Under the pieces are notes generated by a model. That model saw nothing but the letters and a program-made list of their open reading frames with translations, was not told the origin of the DNA and made no database searches. From Dehalococcoidia bacterium (GTDB lineage Bacteria; Chloroflexota; Dehalococcoidia; Plut-88900): DNA of 64,000 nucleotides. A program made the translations under genes and the position numbers. The stretch lies in contig CBDBLV010000005.1 of NCBI GenBank assembly GCA_965207225.1, positions 224,001-288,000 on the forward strand, written 5' to 3'. Positions 49,978-58,919 of this stretch are shown one piece after another (the stretch's first letter is position 1; every line of letters starts with the position of its first letter).

Positions 49978-51578
49978 CCTATCCTGAGTTAAAATCGAAG
50001 GCCGACTGCGAGGCCCAGGCTCGCTTCCCCAGGGCCCTGGTGCAGCTTGGCGGCTGCACGCGCACCGTCGGGGCGGGGGCGGTACTGCAGCTGCTCCAGG
50101 CCGCTGTAGCCAAGAAAGGCCTGATGTCTCCCGTGCTGGTGGCCGGATGCGACGGCGCCTGCCACGACGCCCCGGTCGTCATCATCGAGATGGCCGAGGG
50201 CCTCACCTTCCGGCTGACCCACGTCGGCCCCGCGGACGTGAACGAGATACTGAGTTTCTGGCTCGCCGGTCAAGCGGAATCCTCGTCGACCTGGAAGGGC
50301 ACGCCAGCGGCGTGGCCTTTGTCGGGTGATGAGTCGGGGTTCTGGGGTCGACAGGAGCGTCGGGTGATGAGGGATATTGGATACATCGACCCCCACAGCA
50401 TCGACGACTACATCTCCAAGGGCGGCTACTCCACCCTGAATAGCGTTCTCAACTCCATGACTCCCGACCAGGTGGTCGACGAGGTGGTCAGGCTGGAACT
50501 GCGAGGGCGGGGCGGGGCCTATTTCCCAGCGGGGATCAAGTGGCGCGGGGCCCGGGCCACGGGGCGCTCGCCCCGATACCTGGTAGTCAACGCAGAGGAG
50601 GGGGAGCCGGGCATATACAAAGACCGACACATCATGGAGGGCAACCCCTTCATGCTTCTTGAGGGGCTAGCTATCGCCGCGTACGCTATCGGGGCGGACA
50701 AGACCTACCTGTACGTCAACGGGGAAGCCGACGAGGCCGCGGGTCGGGTGGAGGATGCCCTGGACCTCGCCCGGGACCTGGGCTTGGCCGGCGATAACGT
50801 CCTGGGCGCCGACTTCAACCTGGACATCGAGGTGAGGCGGGGCGGCGGGGGATACGTGCTTGGGGAAGAGAGCGCCCTGATGAACAGCATCGAAGGGCAG
50901 AGGAACGTGCCCCGCACCAAGCCGCCCTTCCCGGTGGAGTCGGGGCTTTGGGGCCAGCCGACGGTGATAAACAACGTCGAGACCCTGTGCAACCTCCCCC
51001 TGCTCCTCTCCACCCCCGGCGCAGACCCATCGCCCGGGACCAAGCTGATATCACTGAGCGGTCGGGTCCAGAGGCCCGGCCTGGTGGAAGTGCCCATGGG
51101 AACCACAGTGAGGGACATCGTCTACGAGGTCGGGGGTGGGCCGCCGGATGGCTACGAAGTGACGGGTGTGGTGGCGGGGGGGCCGTCGGGTGGGCTTTTG
51201 AACGAGTCGATGCTGGACGTCGCCATCGGCCCCGGTATGCTCGACCCCGAGGGCGCGGTCCTTGGGTCGGGGGGTATCACGGTATTCGACACCAGCGTCT
51301 CGCCGGTGGAGGTTGTGAGACGGCTGGCGGCGTACAACGCGGCGGAGTCGTGCTCCAAGTGCACCCCTTGCCGTGAGGGAACGAAGCGGATGCTGGACCT
51401 GCTGGGCGCAGTGCAGAGGGGTGAGGAGGGGAGGTCGGGGCTGGAGAAGCTGGCCTACCTCAACGACGTGGTCGGGTTCGGCTCCCTGTGCGGCCTGGGA
51501 CAGATGGCCCCGGGCCCCGTGCGGTCGGGGCTGGCGCACTTCCGGGAAGCCTTTGAGGGGGCGGCGGATTCGAGTTAA
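49974..51578 (+). CDS. NuoF-like FMN/NADH-binding subunit (formate dehydrogenase beta)
   Basis: LRGRGGAYFPAGIKW, NAEEGEPG, GEESALMNSIEG, ESCSKCTPCREG, SLCGLG; ATG 49974 overlaps upstream stop. Confidence 0.92.
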   Translation: MTYPELKSKADCEAQARFPRALVQLGGCTRTVGAGAVLQLLQAAVAKKGLMSPVLVAGCDGACHDAPVVIIEMAEGLTFRLTHVGPADVNEILSFWLAGQAESSSTWKGTPAAWPLSGDESGFWGRQERRVMRDIGYIDPHSIDDYISKGGYSTLNSVLNSMTPDQVVDEVVRLELRGRGGAYFPAGIKWRGARATGRSPRYLVVNAEEGEPGIYKDRHIMEGNPFMLLEGLAIAAYAIGADKTYLYVNGEADEAAGRVEDALDLARDLGLAGDNVLGADFNLDIEVRRGGGGYVLGEESALMNSIEGQRNVPRTKPPFPVESGLWGQPTVINNVETLCNLPLLLSTPGADPSPGTKLISLSGRVQRPGLVEVPMGTTVRDIVYEVGGGPPDGYEVTGVVAGGPSGGLLNESMLDVAIGPGMLDPEGAVLGSGGITVFDTSVSPVEVVRRLAAYNAAESCSKCTPCREGTKRMLDLLGAVQRGEEGRSGLEKLAYLNDVVGFGSLCGLGQMAPGPVRSGLAHFREAFEGAADSS

Positions 51579-51672
51579 AGGCCGCTCAAGGTGAGCGGGT
51601 TGGGTGAGGCATGGGTCTCACGGGTGTAGAATAGGCACTAACTCAGTCTCATGGCGGCACGGAGACAACGCA

Positions 51673-54420
51673 GTGACCATCAACCTCACAATTGACGGCA
51701 TGCCTATCGAGGCGCGGGAGGGGAGTTCCATCCTGGAGGCGATTAACGCCTCCGGGACGTACATCCCCCAGCTGTGCAAGGACCCGGCCATGCCCGCCAT
51801 CGGGGCATGCAGGACTTGCCTCGTGCAGGTCGAGGGCCGACGCGGCTTCCCCGCCTCTTGTCACACCCCCGTCTCCGATGGCATGGTCGTACAGACCAAC
51901 AGCCCCGAGGTGCGGCGCATCCGCCAGGGCATCCTCGACCTCACCCTCGGCATGCTCCCCACCGAGACCCCCGGCCAGCCCCTCGCTGAGCACAAGGAAC
52001 TGAAGACCGCCTCCCGGTTCCACGACCTTCTCACCACCGGCTACGAGACCCGGGCCCGGGACCACACCGACTCCAGCAATCCCTTCTTCTCCGTGGAAAT
52101 GGATGACTGCATCCTCTGCGGACGCTGCGTCGAGGCCTGCCAGGACCTTCAGCAGATCGGGGCCATTGCGATTCTGGGGCGGGGGCAGGATGCGTTTATC
52201 GGGACGTATGGCGATGACCCCATCGCCGATTCTATATGCACGTCCTGCGGCTCCTGCGTAGCCGCCTGCCCGACCGGCGCCATCGAGCCGAAGATCAATC
52301 CAGCCAACGCCGTGAAGCAGACCTCCACAGTCTGCCCCTACTGCGGGGTGGGGTGCGGGATCGTGCTGAACACCGACAAGAACGGCAAGGTTCTGTGGGT
52401 GGACGACGACCCGGAGAACCAGTCGAGCCTCGGGAAGCTGTGCGTGAAGGGCCGGTTTGGCGTGACCTTCGTGAACCACGGCGACCGGCTGACCACCCCC
52501 CTCATCCGCAAGAACGGCGTTTTCACTGAGGCATCGTGGGACGAGGCCCTGGACTACACCGCCGGCAAGCTGGTAGAGCACCGGGGGGCAACTGCCGCTC
52601 TCGCCTCTGCCAAGGCCACAAACGAGGACGGCTACGTCCTCCAGAAGTTCATGCGCCTCGCCCTGGGCACCAACAGCATCGACCACTGCACCCGGCTGTG
52701 CCACTCGCCGTCGGTGGAGGCCATGCTCAGGTCCCTCGGGAGCGGGGCGACCAGCAACTCCTACCTCGACTACGAAAAGGCCGGGTGCCTGATAATCGCC
52801 GGCTGTGACCCGAGCGCCAACCACCCCGTGGCCGCGACCCGCTTTCGCAAGGCCGTCGACCTGTACGGCGCCCAGCTTATAGTCATCAACCCCAAGCGCA
52901 TCGAGTTGTGCGACTACGCCTACCTCTGGCTTCGAGAAAAACCCGGAACCGACGTCGCCCTATTCAACGGCATGGCCAAGGTCATCCTCGACGAGGGCCT
53001 GGCCGACGAGCAGTTCGTCGCCGAACGCACCGAGGGTTTCGAGGAGTGGAAGGCGTCTCTTGCCCAGTACACCCCCGACTTCGTAGAGTCGATAACCGGC
53101 GTCCCAAAGGAGCAGATGATCGAGGCGGCCCGCATCTACGCCCGACCCCCCTTCAGCGGCTCGTGCTTCGTGTGGGGCATGGGCCTGACGCAGCACACCA
53201 ACGGCACCGCCAACTGCCACGCCGTGCTTAACCTGGCGCTGGTGTCGGGGCAGATGGGGCGTCGGGGCAACGGCATATCGCCGCTGCGGGGACAAAACAA
53301 CGTCCAGGGTTGCGGCGACGCCGGCTGCACGCCGAGCAACCTGCCCGGTTACCAGGACCTCGACCCCGAGTCCCTGGAGAAGTTCGCCCGGGCCTGGGGC
53401 GGCCGTCTGCCGGAGGAGTCGGGATTCGTGGTCACCGACATGATGAGGGAGGCTGAGGAAGGTCGGCTGGAGGCCATGTACGTGGTCGGGGAGAACCCGC
53501 TGCTCAGCGAGCCCGACCTCCGCCACGCCCGCGAGGCCATCGAAAACCTGAAATTCCTGGTAGTCCAGGACATCTTCCTCAGCGAGACCGCAGAGATCGC
53601 CGACGTGGTGCTCCCCGCAACCAGCTTCGCCGAGAAGGACGGGACGTTCACCAACAGCGAACGTCGGGTGCAGCGGGTTCGCAAGGCCATAGAGCCCGTC
53701 GGCCAGAGCAGGCCCGACTGGGATATCACCTCGGACCTGGCGCGTCGGGTGTGCCGGAGGCTCGGCATGGACGAGTCCCAGTTTGACTACGGCCACCCGA
53801 AGGAGATCTTCGACGAGATGGCCGCTCTCACGCCCATAATTGCAGGTATTACCTACGACCGGCTGGACGCGGAGGGCGGTATCCAGTGGCCCTGCCCCAC
53901 CCCCGACCACCCAGGCACCCCCATACTCTACGAGGACAGCTTCCCGAGGGGTCTCGGCAAGTTCGTGCCCGTCGAGCAGACCGAGCCTGCTGCCGAGCTT
54001 CCCAACCGCCGCTTCCCGTTGATCCTGAACACGGGCCGGACGCTATACCACTGGCATGGCGGCACCATTACCCGTCGGGTGGAGGGCCTGGTTGCCCGGG
54101 CCCCGGAACTGATCGTGACGATCCACCCCAAGGACGCCAATAGGGCGGGGATTTCGGACAAGGAAGAGGTGAGGGTGGAATCGAGGAGGGGGGAGCTGGA
54201 GGGCCGGGCGTCGGTCACCGACGCCGTGAGGGAAGGCGAGATATTCGTGCCCTTCGTGAAGCTCAAGGAGTCGGCGGCAAACTTCCTGACCAACCGGGCC
54301 TTTGACCCCGCCTCCAAGATCCCGGAATTCAAGGTCTGCGCCGTCCGCGTCGAGCCCAAGTCCTCCCCGAGGAAGGTGAGGAAAGGGCCCCGCCCCATGA
54401 CCGCCGTCATGCGGCCTTAG
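51673..54420 (+). CDS. fdhF: Formate dehydrogenase alpha subunit (Mo/W-bisPGD, Cys-type)
   Basis: N-terminal 2Fe-2S and 4Fe-4S motifs (CILCGRCVEAC, CTSCGSCVAACP), CPYCGVGC, catalytic CTRLCH, PLRGQNNVQG, TNSERRVQ; GTG at 51673 after GGAG. Confidence 0.93.
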   Translation: MTINLTIDGMPIEAREGSSILEAINASGTYIPQLCKDPAMPAIGACRTCLVQVEGRRGFPASCHTPVSDGMVVQTNSPEVRRIRQGILDLTLGMLPTETPGQPLAEHKELKTASRFHDLLTTGYETRARDHTDSSNPFFSVEMDDCILCGRCVEACQDLQQIGAIAILGRGQDAFIGTYGDDPIADSICTSCGSCVAACPTGAIEPKINPANAVKQTSTVCPYCGVGCGIVLNTDKNGKVLWVDDDPENQSSLGKLCVKGRFGVTFVNHGDRLTTPLIRKNGVFTEASWDEALDYTAGKLVEHRGATAALASAKATNEDGYVLQKFMRLALGTNSIDHCTRLCHSPSVEAMLRSLGSGATSNSYLDYEKAGCLIIAGCDPSANHPVAATRFRKAVDLYGAQLIVINPKRIELCDYAYLWLREKPGTDVALFNGMAKVILDEGLADEQFVAERTEGFEEWKASLAQYTPDFVESITGVPKEQMIEAARIYARPPFSGSCFVWGMGLTQHTNGTANCHAVLNLALVSGQMGRRGNGISPLRGQNNVQGCGDAGCTPSNLPGYQDLDPESLEKFARAWGGRLPEESGFVVTDMMREAEEGRLEAMYVVGENPLLSEPDLRHAREAIENLKFLVVQDIFLSETAEIADVVLPATSFAEKDGTFTNSERRVQRVRKAIEPVGQSRPDWDITSDLARRVCRRLGMDESQFDYGHPKEIFDEMAALTPIIAGITYDRLDAEGGIQWPCPTPDHPGTPILYEDSFPRGLGKFVPVEQTEPAAELPNRRFPLILNTGRTLYHWHGGTITRRVEGLVARAPELIVTIHPKDANRAGISDKEEVRVESRRGELEGRASVTDAVREGEIFVPFVKLKESAANFLTNRAFDPASKIPEFKVCAVRVEPKSSPRKVRKGPRPMTAVMRP

Positions 54421-54494
54421 GCGGCTTAACCCGGAGCGTGCCTGGGCCATTACGGGCCTTGTGGGGGCCTCTGTGTGGTATGTTTAACCTGCCC

Positions 54495-55081
54495 ATGAGC
54501 AAAGCAGGTTGGCCCATCGACGTTGAAAAGGAGCCACCATCGCTACGCTTCAAGCAGCCTCCTGGGACCCGACGCCCAGATACCGCCCGTATCGGCCTGC
54601 CGGCTTAACAAGGGAACCGGAACAGCGCGAGAAAAAGCATGGCAAGTGTCGATGCTGCTGCAACTGCGTCGTCAAACTCCTGTGTCTTGGGATATTGGTT
54701 GTCGCAGTAATCCTCGCCTACAACCTGGTGCAGCCGGAAGTGAAACCATGTTCGGCCAACTCCCCGGAGATCCCGCCACCGGGAATATTAACCTCGGCCC
54801 TCGATCTGTTCCTGGAGGAATGCGCAAGGGTTATTGGGGAGGTAAGTGGCAAGGATTCCGAAGGGTTGATAATCGGGGTTGACCGGGGAGAGTACCGGCA
54901 AACCGTGAAGGTAATCTACCCGGAGGACCTGAAATCGGGAATTCCGCTCCTCGAAGAGGTGCATATCACCGGAAGAATCCGGGAGCACGAGCACTGGGGA
55001 TACGCCGTCTACTTTGGCGAGGACCTCGGGTGGTGGGACAACCTCCGGAAGAATCTGCCGGGAGATGTCCTCGACCCCTAG
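54495..55081 (+). CDS. Hypothetical membrane-anchored protein, possibly frameshifted near 54527
   Basis: Frame of the 54695-55081 ORF is open back to 54527 (…RCCCNCVVKLLCLGILVVAV); nearest plausible ATG (54495) is one base out of frame at an A run. Confidence 0.45.
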
Positions 55082-55194
55082 CCGCTCCTAAAGCCGTGGG
55101 GAGGGGCCGCTCGTGCTGAGGCCCTCGAAGTATGAGCGAGGGGTGGGGGAGGTGCGTTATAGCGGCCACCTCCACTTAGGCTTAGAATGACCCC

Positions 55195-56094
55195 ATGCCC
55201 CGCAACCTCAAGCGCAGCAAGACTTCCTCCTTCGGCACCGTGTCCCGAGAGGGCCACGACTCCCGATCCTTCTACTCCAAGCGCCTCTACGAAGGTCGGC
55301 GGAACGGTGCCCGGGAATCGACGGAGTACGTCGAGAACACCCCCGACCACCTCGATGTCATCCACTGCGCCGACGCCCTGGACATGCACCACCTCCCCGA
55401 CAACTCCGTCCACCTGATGATCACCTCGCCCCCGTACAACGTCGGCAAGGACTATGACGACGACCTCTCCCTCTCCGAGTACCGGGCCCTGCTTTCCGAC
55501 GTGCTGGGCGAGACGTACCGGGTGCTGGTGGAGGGGGGTCGGGCGTGCGTGAACATCGCCAACGTCGGGCGGACACCCTACATACCCCTGCACGTCGACA
55601 TCATGGACATCGCCCGTGAGTGCGGCTTCCATATGCGCGGCGAGATAATCTGGGACAAGGGCGCCAGTGCGGGCACGTCCTGCGCCTGGGGCAGCTGGAG
55701 GTCGGCGAGCAATCCGGTCTTAAGGGACGTCCACGAATACATCCTGGTCTTCTGCAAGGATGCCTACAAGCGTCGGGTCACGGGGGAGAACAGTGTGGGC
55801 CGGGACGAGTTCCTGGAGTACACCAAGAGCATCTGGCGCTTCCCCGCCGCCAGCGCCCGGAAGGCCAACCACCCCGCCCCCTTCCCCCTGGAGCTGCCGC
55901 TCCGTTTGATCAACCTTTACTCATTCAAGGGCGACGTGGTCCTGGACCCGTTCATGGGGTCGGGCACGACGGCTGAGGCGGCAGTCCAAGCCAACCGACA
56001 CTACGTGGGCTACGAAATCAACCCCGTCTACGTAGACCATGCCCGAGCCAGGCTAGGCCAGATGTCGGGGCTGCCGATGAAGCTAGTGGACTGA
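55195..56094 (+). CDS. Site-specific DNA methyltransferase (N4-cytosine/N6-adenine, beta class)
   Basis: TSPPYN catalytic motif before VLDPFMGSGTT SAM-binding motif; HPAPFP. Confidence 0.93.
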   Translation: MPRNLKRSKTSSFGTVSREGHDSRSFYSKRLYEGRRNGARESTEYVENTPDHLDVIHCADALDMHHLPDNSVHLMITSPPYNVGKDYDDDLSLSEYRALLSDVLGETYRVLVEGGRACVNIANVGRTPYIPLHVDIMDIARECGFHMRGEIIWDKGASAGTSCAWGSWRSASNPVLRDVHEYILVFCKDAYKRRVTGENSVGRDEFLEYTKSIWRFPAASARKANHPAPFPLELPLRLINLYSFKGDVVLDPFMGSGTTAEAAVQANRHYVGYEINPVYVDHARARLGQMSGLPMKLVD

Positions 56095-56115
56095 AGCGTC
56101 CGCTCGACCCTTCGA

Positions 56116-56934
56116 CTAAGCTGAGGGCGAGTGGTGTTCGTGGTCTGTTACCCCCATCACCTCCCCAAGCTCTGCGCTCAGCACTTCATCAACCCCCAGC
56201 CCCTCCCCCCGGGGCCTGAACCTCAGCTCCCGACCTTTCCACGAAAGCACGTAATCGTCGCCGGACCCGACATGCAGGAGCCCGTTCCCCGAGGTTGCGC
56301 CCGTTATGGCCTGCAGGGCGTCGTTGATACTGCCGTCGGGGCCCCAGGTGACCTTCAGGTCGGGGTCCTTCTTGGCGATGCCCCAGTGATGGATCGCATG
56401 GTCCACCATCCTAGCCCCGAGGGCCGCGCCCATGCACCGCTTCCCGTGGAAGTTCTCCGCCTCGAACACCATGTCCCGCAGGAACGACTCCCGGTTCCGA
56501 CCCCCCGGGTGCTCCGTGTCCCGGGCCGTCCTCGCCGAGAATATCGAGTCCCAGCCCGGAGAGTAACGCTTGATGTCGACTACCGGCGTGCCGTCGATCA
56601 TGTCCAGCCTGTCCAGCTTTACCACCCGGCCCTCGACCCCCAGCACACGCGCCGAGGTTAGCCCCACGGGGTTCGGCCTGTCCGGCGACCTCATCCCGAA
56701 CACGCCCCTCTCCGGGCCCCCGTGCCTCGACGCCGTCAACCTCTCCCTGTCCGCCCTGTGGAACCACCCCAGGATGATCAGGTGCGTATTCGACTCGATA
56801 CCAGCCAACCCGGCCTCGTACTCCGGGAACACCTCGATGGATGCGGACACCCCATCGATAGGCATCTCATCCCCCTCCCCGACACTTGAAACAACTCTCC
56901 CGATCGACTTGATCTCGTACGTTTCGCCGCTCAT
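56116..56934 (-). CDS. TrmO/TsaA-family SAM-binding methyltransferase with C-terminal FmdE-like domain
   Basis: GVFGMRSPDRPNPVGLT, LDMIDGTPVVDIK; then NFHGKRCMGAALGARM...DALQAITGATSGN. Confidence 0.85.
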   Translation of the reverse strand: MSGETYEIKSIGRVVSSVGEGDEMPIDGVSASIEVFPEYEAGLAGIESNTHLIILGWFHRADRERLTASRHGGPERGVFGMRSPDRPNPVGLTSARVLGVEGRVVKLDRLDMIDGTPVVDIKRYSPGWDSIFSARTARDTEHPGGRNRESFLRDMVFEAENFHGKRCMGAALGARMVDHAIHHWGIAKKDPDLKVTWGPDGSINDALQAITGATSGNGLLHVGSGDDYVLSWKGRELRFRPRGEGLGVDEVLSAELGEVMGVTDHEHHSPSA

Positions 56935-56937
56935 CCC

Positions 56938-58098
56938 CTATTGCCCCTTCCAGAAGATGCGATAGATCGCACCGCTCCCGTGATCGGCCACCAGCAATGA
57001 CCCGTCCGACGCCTGCGCTATGTCCAACGGCCTGTCTATTCCAAAGGCAAAGTCCGACACCTCCGCCCGGTAGCCCTCCCCATCCCGTTCCAGCCGCACC
57101 CGCACCACCTTCCGTCCCGTGTCCCGGAGGTGCGACCCCCACTGCACGACGAACAGGTCGTTGCGATACTCCTCTGGTAACATGCCGCCTGTATAGAAGA
57201 GTAGCCCGTTCGCCGAGGAGCGTTCCTCCATCTCTGCGACGGGCGGGAGCGTGTCTTCGCAGTTGGAGCCCTGCCCGTCGCCCCAGCAGTCGGGCCAGCC
57301 GTAGCCGCCACCGTCGACCAGCAGGTTAAGCTCCTCCGGGACGTGCAGATCAAGCTCGTCCCTCCCGTTGTCGGCGCCAAACAGCGTTCCGTCCTCGGGG
57401 TGGAAGGCTATGTCGTACATGTTGCGCAGCCCCGAGGAGAAGACCCGCATATCCGAACCATCCGGGTTGAGCTGGAGCACCGACGCGCTTAGCTCGTTCC
57501 TCTCCCGGCACGCGTTGCACGTCGACCCCAAGGTCAGGTACATCTTCCCGTCGGGCCCGAGGGCCAGACCGTTGTTCTGGTGTATCCCTACCGGCAGGTC
57601 CGACACGATCGTCTCAATCTCATCCACCTGTCCGTCCCCGTACGAGTCGATCAGTGCCGTAACCGACCCGCGATGAGATACGTAAAGCCTATCCTCGTGG
57701 TGCAGCAGGCCAAGGGGCGCGACAAAGCCTCGGGCGTAAAGCTCCGCCGAGTCCGCCGTCCCGTCGGAGTCGTCATCCGACAGTACGGCAATGTCCCCGT
57801 CCTGCTCGCTGACGAACACCCTCCCGTCCCCCGACACCGCAATGCCGGTCGGGTTTGAAAGCCCAAGAAAGTACACATTGGCCCCAAACCCCGGCGGCAC
57901 CACCAGCCCCGCACCCCCCGCCACCAGGCCCCCAACCTCGCTTTCAACTGACACGTCAATAGCCGATGCCACTTCGGTCGGCTCCGGGATAGGTGTCGGT
58001 GTTTCCGTGCCGCACCCTGCCACGCCCACCCCCACCATTAACAGAAGGGAGATAGCCGCATACCACCGACATTTTGTAGTGAGGATCTTTGCCGCCAA
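56938..58098 (-). CDS. PQQ-dependent glucose/sorbosone dehydrogenase-family lipoprotein
   Basis: Lipobox VAGC, GPDGKMYLTLGSTCN, GLRNMYD, DNGRD, YGWPDC, RPLDI. Confidence 0.9.
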   Translation of the reverse strand: MAAKILTTKCRWYAAISLLLMVGVGVAGCGTETPTPIPEPTEVASAIDVSVESEVGGLVAGGAGLVVPPGFGANVYFLGLSNPTGIAVSGDGRVFVSEQDGDIAVLSDDDSDGTADSAELYARGFVAPLGLLHHEDRLYVSHRGSVTALIDSYGDGQVDEIETIVSDLPVGIHQNNGLALGPDGKMYLTLGSTCNACRERNELSASVLQLNPDGSDMRVFSSGLRNMYDIAFHPEDGTLFGADNGRDELDLHVPEELNLLVDGGGYGWPDCWGDGQGSNCEDTLPPVAEMEERSSANGLLFYTGGMLPEEYRNDLFVVQWGSHLRDTGRKVVRVRLERDGEGYRAEVSDFAFGIDRPLDIAQASDGSLLVADHGSGAIYRIFWKGQ

Positions 58099-58132
58099 TA
58101 CACACCTCGGGTGCTACGCACCCAAGGCTATT

Positions 58133-58756
58133 CTACCAATCGGCGGGTTTCGTGAAGTTGCCCTGGGCGTCGGAGAGAGTGTCGGGGAAAAGGCTTGCAC
58201 TCAAGGGGCCTCGGCGTAAGGGCCTGTACCAGGAGGCTGCTTTACGCAGCTCGAAGCTTGTCCTCCTGCTCGGATCAATGACCCCGACCTGCTTACCCAA
58301 CCTCGTACGCGTCATTTCGATGGGCAGCTTAAGGTCGGAATCGTTGGAAATTACTACCGCCATTTCATAGTCATCCTCGAAACCATCTATCAACAGGTAG
58401 GTGGCGAGATTGACGTCCGAACCCTTCTCCTCAGTGTTGAGCACCTCAACGGTGCGCGGACCGATTTGTGGTTCCTGAACCAAGGGTCGAAGCCTGGGTT
58501 TGGTTAGAAAATGCCCATAGTGCATGGTCAGGTTTGGAATAGTCCGCAGGGCACGAAGATAGGTCTGCTGACGCTGCGGCTGGGTCGGGTTTCCAGGGCG
58601 ACTGTCTACAAGAGCGGTGAAATACCGTATCTGAGCTATCTCATGCTTGGGAAGCAAAAGCGACGCAAGTCTACCGACATCCAGCCAGCGATGTGGAGTG
58701 CCTTTCAGGGCTCGATAGTAGAGATTAAAGCCGTCTATATAGACGTTGGTACGGAT
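58133..58756 (-). CDS. NYN (LabA/DUF88, PIN-like) domain ribonuclease
   Basis: Frame extends beyond the ORF-track start to (I)RTNVYIDGFNLYY; EEKGSDVNLA, VISNDSDL; only an ATC codon at the expected start. Confidence 0.88.
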   Translation of the reverse strand: MRTNVYIDGFNLYYRALKGTPHRWLDVGRLASLLLPKHEIAQIRYFTALVDSRPGNPTQPQRQQTYLRALRTIPNLTMHYGHFLTKPRLRPLVQEPQIGPRTVEVLNTEEKGSDVNLATYLLIDGFEDDYEMAVVISNDSDLKLPIEMTRTRLGKQVGVIDPSRRTSFELRKAASWYRPLRRGPLSASLFPDTLSDAQGNFTKPADW

Positions 58757-58769
58757 GAGAAGCTGCTTC

Positions 58770-58836
58770 CCAAGAAAAAGCTAAGGCTGCCGAAAGGCAG
58801 CCTTGCGCCCTGCCGCCGAAGCGAACAGGGGGGGTA
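58770..58836 (-). ncRNA. Candidate structured leader/small RNA upstream of NYN gene
   Basis: Promoter TTGACA (58865-58870), 17 nt, TATAGT (58842-58847); hairpin CCCTGTTCGC-TTCG-GCGGCAGGG; terminator AAGGCTGCC-TTTC-GGCAGCCTT-AGCTTTTT. Confidence 0.55.
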
Positions 58837-58919
58837 CATGAACTATATGACAGGCCCATCTGTCTGTCAACCCCATTTTCTAAAGAACTTGTGGAATCTG
58901 ACGGCCGCTCGACCTTTCC

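Noticed and set aside
52690-52710. Selenocysteine in formate dehydrogenase
   Set aside because: The active site reads CTRLCH with a TGC codon and no in-frame TGA.
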